Below are positions 58,754-64,000 of a DNA stretch of 64,000 nt, piece by piece. A program made the position numbers and the translations under genes. The notes under the pieces were generated by a model. The model searched no databases. It was not told where the DNA came from and saw only the letters and a program-made list of their open reading frames with translations. Origin of the DNA: a virus (lineage: Duplodnaviria; Caudoviricetes); the IMG/VR virus record IMGVR_UViG_3300002179_000002, positions 1 to 64,000 of that record; one strand, 5' to 3'. The first letter of the stretch is position 1, and each line of letters starts with the position of its first letter.

Positions 58754-59607
58754 TGATACAAGACATATACAGGCGCGAGCCATGGAAGATGCTCGTCTGC
58801 TGCATCCTGCTCAACCAGACTACTGGAGTGCAAGTCAAGAAGATGATGAGAGAGTTCTTCAGGACGTTTCCTACTCTCAATGACTTAAGGGACATAGATG
58901 AGAATACTCTGGCAGGAGAGATTGAGAGTTTGGGGATGCAGAATGTGAAGGCAAAGAGAATAAAAGCTTTCGTAGCATCTTTCACTGAAGATGTAGATGT
59001 TATGAAGGACTCAGTCATAGGGTATCCTGGACTAGGGAGCTATGCTTGCGAATCAGCAGATGTCTTCATATGCAGGAATAATGATGTCAAGCCAGAAGAC
59101 AAAGAGATCTCATCCTATCTCTCAAAGATTGAGACGGGAGATGTGTTCGTAGAGGGAATGAGAAAGTATCTAGAATTATGCGGAGTCGAGAGAGTCACTG
59201 TTGGTTGTAGAGTCAAAGAGATACTGAACCACTCGTATCATTTCTTCTCCAACGTATTCTGGCGCATCACAGATGATAGACTTCCCTATGTGAAGGATAA
59301 GTTGATCATGTATAGAACTGCTCTAAGAGACGCCATAAAGCGACTTGAGAGAGACAATACGAGTCGACAGGCGATCATTCAGTTCGATCAGAGCGATCCA
59401 TTGCCAAACTGCACAGTATCTATTCAGTTCCAGATCAAAGACGACATCCTATTCACCACAGTCTACCAGAGGTCTCAGGACATTGATAAAGTGGAGATGG
59501 ACTGCGAGATATTCGCTCTCATGTCTCTCGAAGTCATAAAAGCTATTGAGGGCGTTGATGATTATCGAGTTGCAGTATTTGTTGGAAACTTTCATCTATA
59601 TCTATAG
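58750..59607 (+). CDS. MBD4-like HhH DNA glycosylase fused to a minimal thymidylate-synthase-fold domain
   Basis: PWKMLVCCILLNQT, LGM, PGLGSY, VKPED; then SRQAII, PNC, QRSQD, GNFHLY. Confidence 0.78.
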   Translation: MMIQDIYRREPWKMLVCCILLNQTTGVQVKKMMREFFRTFPTLNDLRDIDENTLAGEIESLGMQNVKAKRIKAFVASFTEDVDVMKDSVIGYPGLGSYACESADVFICRNNDVKPEDKEISSYLSKIETGDVFVEGMRKYLELCGVERVTVGCRVKEILNHSYHFFSNVFWRITDDRLPYVKDKLIMYRTALRDAIKRLERDNTSRQAIIQFDQSDPLPNCTVSIQFQIKDDILFTTVYQRSQDIDKVEMDCEIFALMSLEVIKAIEGVDDYRVAVFVGNFHLYL

Positions 59608-59608
59608 G

Positions 59609-62600
59609 ATGGAGAAACTGATAAGACATCTAGAGGACAACAAGCTGGACTATGAGACTCTCGAGATCAAGAGCAAGTTCAAGATAGCAGATCAGACTTT
59701 CGAGTTCATCTGGCCAGACTCCACTGGCAGGCTATTCGATGATGACCTGCATCTACAAGCAGATGATACAGACTGCGACAATTATGCATTTAGATTCGGT
59801 GGGGACTACTACTACATAAACAAAGCAGACAAGGATAAACCGACATTCAAAGAGCTCAGATATATTGGCCAGTCGAAGAGAGAGATAGAGACTGATGCTT
59901 TTCTTGGAGTCAGAGGGGCGTATGAGATACTCAATGGCTCTAGAATCTATGAGGACTGGTGCGCTAAAGCAAAGTTCTTGGGAGTCAAATCTCTCGGCAT
60001 CATAGAGAAGAACACATTGGCTGGAGCTCTCAAGTTTCAGATTGAGTGCAAGAACCTCGATATCAAGCCGATACTTGGAGCGACTTACACTGTCGTCAGG
60101 AAGGGCGAAGATTACAAGCAGGATATCAAGTGCTTCGCAAAGTCAGAGACTGGCTGGACCAACCTACTGATGATCAACAAAGAGGTCAATGTCATCAACA
60201 ACAAGTTCATATACGAGGATAGGTTCATAGAGCTCTTGGAGGATGTGATAGTGATCGTAGATCCAAAGAGTGGATCATATGATAAATTGGGCAGGATGAG
60301 GAGCTACATGAAGTACTATCAGCTGGATACTGTCATATATAATGATCAGTCCAAAGATCAGGAGTATCTTCTGAATCTAAAGGCGTTTGTCAGAGATGGC
60401 AGCCTGAAGCCGATATTCATATGCGATGCATTCTACCTAGATAGGGATCACAGCCACATAAAGAAGACGCTGAATGGGATATCTGGAGTCAGGGAGTATG
60501 AGTCATCCAACCAGTATTTCAAAGACGCCGATGACTATCTGGCAGAGTTAGAGCTGTTATTCTCTACAGAGGATGAGTCGTTCTACGATATAGCATCAAA
60601 AGCCATCAAGAATGCCAACACACTGTCTGAGATCTGCAACTTCCAGATCGATACAGAGCACTTCTATCTGCCTGACTATGTACTAACAGAGGAGCAGTTA
60701 ACGAAGTATAAGGATAAGATAGACCTATTCTGGGGCCTCATAGGCGAGGGGATGGATGAGAAATGCTCGGACGAGGACAGAGAGAAATATCTGGACAGGA
60801 TTGAGATAGAGTATTCAGTCATCATGAAGGGCCAGAATCTGATTGATTACTTCCTCATCCTATGGGATATCATAGACTGGTGCGGCAAACAGAACATATT
60901 AGTCGGATATGGCCGAGGATCATCTGCTGGAAGTCTCATCGCATACCTATTGGGGATAACCAACATCGATCCATTCGAGTACGACCTCCTGTTCGAGAGG
61001 TTCTTGAATGAGAATAGGGTCAAGAAATCAATCCCTGACATTGACTCAGACTTTGAGGGACTGAGAAGGGATGAGGTAAAGCACTATATGGAGCAGAGAT
61101 TCGGATACGATCAGGTGTGCTCTGTAGGGACATACGGCAACCTGAAACTGAAGATGATATTCACAGACCTTGCAAAACGTAGCAACATTCCTATTCAGGA
61201 GGTCAAGATGATGACAAGCATACTCGGAGAGGGAGAGAAGGACGGCACCGATTGGTCTGAGATATTCCATCTTGCATCTAAGTCTCAGAAACTGAAGGAC
61301 TTTGTGATGCGCAATCCAGACATAGTTCACGACGCTAAATTGTGTCTGATGCAGCCTAGATCTGGATCAGTCCATGCATGCGCCACCATCATCACTCCAG
61401 CAGACAAGGACATCTATCACTGGTTCCCAGTCAAGAAGGTCCTATCTAAAGATGGAGAGGAGCTGCTCGTCAGCGAGTGGGAGGGCATTCAGCTGGACAA
61501 AGCAGGATTCTTAAAAGAAGATATATTAGGTATTCAACAATTGGATAAGTTCGCCAGCTGCATAAAGCTCATAGAGGAGAACAAGGGGATAAAGATCGAC
61601 TTCAAGAAGATACCATTAGATGACGATGCTGTATATAGGTACTTTGGAAAGGGGTGGAACTCTGATGTGTTCCAGTTCGGGACTCAGGGACTGAAGAAAT
61701 ATACTAAAGAATTGAAGCCTGATTCGATGGAAGAGCTCAGCGCAACCAATGCATTATATCGTCCTGGCGCCATGAAATCTAATGCTCACAATGACTTTGT
61801 GATGATTAAATGGGGTATGAAAGAGCCTGAATACGACTATATGCTTGAAAGTGTGACTAAAAAGACTTACGGTCTATATATCTACCAAGAACAGACAATG
61901 AGGGCTGCTCAGGTACTTGGCGGATTCACTTTAGTTGAGGCAGACATGATGAGAAAAGTGATGCTTGGCAGGGGAAAGAAACAGTTTAGAGATCAGTTCT
62001 ATATCTATCATGATAAATTTGTTTTGGGAGCTGTAGCAAATGGATGCGAAGCAAGTGTTGCAGAAAAGATCTGGGATAAGCTAGAAGCGTTTGCGGGTTA
62101 CGGGTTTAATGCCAGCCATGCGGCTGCCTATGCGATAACTGGGTATATTAGTCAGTGGTTTAAGGTCAATCACCCAATCGAATTCTGGACTACAGCATTC
62201 AAGTTTGCTAAAGATGAATTGGTAGCTGATTTCATATCTGAGATCCATGCCACTGGAGCCATAAAGATATCTCCACCAGACATAAATGAGTCGCTGTTCG
62301 ATATGACTTCGAACTTCAAGAAGAACACCATCTACTGGGCGCTCACGAGCATCAAGTCAGTCGGTGGAGTTGCTGCTGAGCAGATCATGAAAGATAGGGA
62401 TGAGAATGGACCATATTTCAGCTTCGAGGAGTTCCTGAGCAGGCACACTTTCAAGGGCAGCAAGGTCAACAAGACTCATGTAGAGAATCTCATATTCTCA
62501 GGTGCATTCGACAAGGTCGAGGAGATAGAGGACTCTCTCAAGCGCAAGCGACTGATAGACTTCTACCGGACTGAGAAGAAGACTAAGATAGATGCCGAGA

Positions 62601-63049
62601 AGGATCTCATGACGCTGAGCGAGAAGGACATCTCCGATGACTGGTGGTGGGACCTCAGGCAGAAGAGGCTGACTGGCATAGCATTCTTCGACTACAAGAC
62701 TATGTGCGACAAGTATCTGACAGATGGAAAGTATCTCGATCAGGATGAGTGGCAGTCAGAGTCGCTAAGTAACATCTACTACTCGATAGGCGGCTACATA
62801 GTAGAGGTGATTGAGCGGACATCCAAGAAGAGTGGCAAATACTGCTCGATCAGGATTGAGAGCAACTACACATTCATCTGGGTGTCTATATTTCCCTGCC
62901 AGTATCAGCAGCTCACAAAATCTGGCATCGAGCTGATAGGACAGGAGGGCAACATCCTACTGCTCACAGGGATGATCAAACTCGACACCTACAAGAAAGA
63001 GAACGCATGCAAGTTCTGGGACAACAGCGAATTAGTAATCTTAAAATAA
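59609..63049 (+). CDS. dnaE: DNA polymerase III alpha subunit (family C)
   Basis: GRGSSAGSL, LLFERFLN, PDIDSDF, KEDILG, VFQF, ALYRPG, YQEQ, YGFNASHA; start re-called at ATG 59609. Confidence 0.95.
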   Translation: MEKLIRHLEDNKLDYETLEIKSKFKIADQTFEFIWPDSTGRLFDDDLHLQADDTDCDNYAFRFGGDYYYINKADKDKPTFKELRYIGQSKREIETDAFLGVRGAYEILNGSRIYEDWCAKAKFLGVKSLGIIEKNTLAGALKFQIECKNLDIKPILGATYTVVRKGEDYKQDIKCFAKSETGWTNLLMINKEVNVINNKFIYEDRFIELLEDVIVIVDPKSGSYDKLGRMRSYMKYYQLDTVIYNDQSKDQEYLLNLKAFVRDGSLKPIFICDAFYLDRDHSHIKKTLNGISGVREYESSNQYFKDADDYLAELELLFSTEDESFYDIASKAIKNANTLSEICNFQIDTEHFYLPDYVLTEEQLTKYKDKIDLFWGLIGEGMDEKCSDEDREKYLDRIEIEYSVIMKGQNLIDYFLILWDIIDWCGKQNILVGYGRGSSAGSLIAYLLGITNIDPFEYDLLFERFLNENRVKKSIPDIDSDFEGLRRDEVKHYMEQRFGYDQVCSVGTYGNLKLKMIFTDLAKRSNIPIQEVKMMTSILGEGEKDGTDWSEIFHLASKSQKLKDFVMRNPDIVHDAKLCLMQPRSGSVHACATIITPADKDIYHWFPVKKVLSKDGEELLVSEWEGIQLDKAGFLKEDILGIQQLDKFASCIKLIEENKGIKIDFKKIPLDDDAVYRYFGKGWNSDVFQFGTQGLKKYTKELKPDSMEELSATNALYRPGAMKSNAHNDFVMIKWGMKEPEYDYMLESVTKKTYGLYIYQEQTMRAAQVLGGFTLVEADMMRKVMLGRGKKQFRDQFYIYHDKFVLGAVANGCEASVAEKIWDKLEAFAGYGFNASHAAAYAITGYISQWFKVNHPIEFWTTAFKFAKDELVADFISEIHATGAIKISPPDINESLFDMTSNFKKNTIYWALTSIKSVGGVAAEQIMKDRDENGPYFSFEEFLSRHTFKGSKVNKTHVENLIFSGAFDKVEEIEDSLKRKRLIDFYRTEKKTKIDAEKDLMTLSEKDISDDWWWDLRQKRLTGIAFFDYKTMCDKYLTDGKYLDQDEWQSESLSNIYYSIGGYIVEVIERTSKKSGKYCSIRIESNYTFIWVSIFPCQYQQLTKSGIELIGQEGNILLLTGMIKLDTYKKENACKFWDNSELVILK

Positions 63050-63053
63050 ATAT

Positions 63054-63377
63054 ATGACAAATCAAGAATTTCTAACCTATCACCAAGAGTGTTTAGATAA
63101 ACTCAAATCTATCGTGGCGTCCAAGAATCACGACTATGCTGGCTTCAGCAAGGACGACTGTTTCGCCAATTTCAAGCTGGTCGAGAATATCGGTATAGCG
63201 TCCGCAGAACAGGGCTTCCTGACTCGGATGATGGATAAGGTGTCTCGAGTCAATTCGTTCGTCCAGCAGGGCGTGCTTAACGTAGCAGACGAGAAGATCG
63301 AGGACACATTGTTGGACCTCGCAAACTACTCGATATTGATGGCTGGCTATATCAAATCAAAGAAAGAGGGAATATGA
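63054..63377 (+). CDS. DUF1599/nucleotide-modification-associated protein
   Basis: KNHDYAG...NF...RMMDKVSR...EDTLLDLANY. Confidence 0.75.
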   Translation: MTNQEFLTYHQECLDKLKSIVASKNHDYAGFSKDDCFANFKLVENIGIASAEQGFLTRMMDKVSRVNSFVQQGVLNVADEKIEDTLLDLANYSILMAGYIKSKKEGI

Positions 63378-63703
63378 AGATCTATCTAGCAATACCCTAT
63401 AGTGGCTTCGAAGAGGAGAGCTTCTCAGTAGCCAATAAGATCGCAGCAGAACTCATGCTAGAGGGTCACATCGTCTTCTCTCCCATCTCGCACACTCATC
63501 CCATTGCTTTATCGGGAGATCTTCCCAAAGGATGGCAGTACTGGAAGACTTTCGATGAATCATTTATCGAGTGGTGCGACCAATTGGCCGTAGTCATAAT
63601 GAAGAATCAGGGCGAGGAGAGAGTTAGAAATAGTCAAGGAATTGCTGGAGAATTGACTCTAGCAGATGTTTATAATAAACCAATCTACTACATAAAAGAA
63701 TGA
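63374..63703 (+). CDS. DUF1937 / nucleoside 2-deoxyribosyltransferase-like protein
   Basis: IYLAIPYS, VFSPISHTH, WCD, S.G...E. Confidence 0.7.
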   Translation: MKIYLAIPYSGFEEESFSVANKIAAELMLEGHIVFSPISHTHPIALSGDLPKGWQYWKTFDESFIEWCDQLAVVIMKNQGEERVRNSQGIAGELTLADVYNKPIYYIKE

Positions 63704-64000
63704 GACTAATAAAACCATATTTCGAGATCATCACTCCTATTAATGGAGAACAGATTCTGAATCAAATTGAACTAGCAGCAAGAACCTGTTATAAGTCAGA
63801 AGATAGAATAGCTCCTGGTTCTGCTGAAAAACTTATCAAGAATGTTTTAATGGCTAGAGGACATAATGCCATGCTTGAATTCGGTGGAATGATTACAGTC
63901 AAATTTGTCTGCGACAGAGGCGTATCACATGAATTAGTTCGGCATAGATTAGCTTCTTTTGCTCAAGAAAGCACAAGATTCTGCAATTATACAGATGATA
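63700..64000 (+). CDS. thyX: FAD-dependent thymidylate synthase, 3' truncated by the window edge
   Basis: Hand-translated: ARTCYKS, GH.AMLE, SHELVRHRLASFAQESTRFCNY (canonical RHRx7S). Confidence 0.9.
   Translation, partial: MRLIKPYFEIITPINGEQILNQIELAARTCYKSEDRIAPGSAEKLIKNVLMARGHNAMLEFGGMITVKFVCDRGVSHELVRHRLASFAQESTRFCNYTDD

Noticed and set aside
19046-59539. Short alternative-frame + ORFs (19046, 42307, 57403, 59345)
   Set aside because: Nested in longer supported genes, with no recognisable features.
59546-59608. Longer TTG start for dnaE
   Set aside because: It overlaps the conserved C-terminus of the upstream gene; ATG 59609 follows its stop directly.
337-61330. Minus-strand ORFs in the track (60-144 aa)
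   Set aside because: They lie antisense to well-supported + genes and show no motifs; treated as shadow ORFs.
46521-63049. Inteins or introns in terminase, helicase or DnaE
   Set aside because: Sizes are normal and conserved motifs are contiguous; no C...HN splice motifs or LAGLIDADG blocks noticed.
1-64000. Stop-codon reassignment
   Set aside because: Long genes are intact in the standard code, and TAG/TGA end genes at sensible coupled boundaries (e.g. 51656, 59607, 63703).

Overview
64 kb of a large contractile-tailed dsDNA phage with a SPO1/Twort (Herelleviridae)-like virion module. All credible genes are on the + strand. The host is inferred to be Bacteroidota, from Gln-after-signal-peptide proteins, DUF5977-like domains, TAnnTTT(A/G) promoter boxes and no obvious Shine-Dalgarno sites. 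Order: signal-peptide fibre/adhesin-like cluster (1-7.3 kb); lysis (7.4-9.3 kb); head (MuF-like, protease, scaffold, capsid; 9.4-17 kb); neck, tail and baseplate (17-41 kb); small accessory genes (41-46 kb); exonuclease, terminase, helicase, HNH, primase (46-52 kb); then a nucleotide-modification/DnaE block running off the end. Two systems stand out. (1) At least six dispersed genes share leader/linker modules carrying the [ILVF]-x-K|[ASG] motif that is also dense in the scaffold and at the capsid N-terminus. This suggests protease-processed, head-packaged cargo: Nudix, three HExxH zincin domains and a DUF3626-like domain. (2) A candidate novel pyrimidine-modification pathway: FAD oxidoreductase fused to a dCTPase/dUTPase-like domain, a divergent ThyX, and an MBD4-like glycosylase fused to a minimal thymidylate-synthase domain, next to DnaE and a second, canonical ThyX. 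All family names come from motif recognition by eye; no database search was run.
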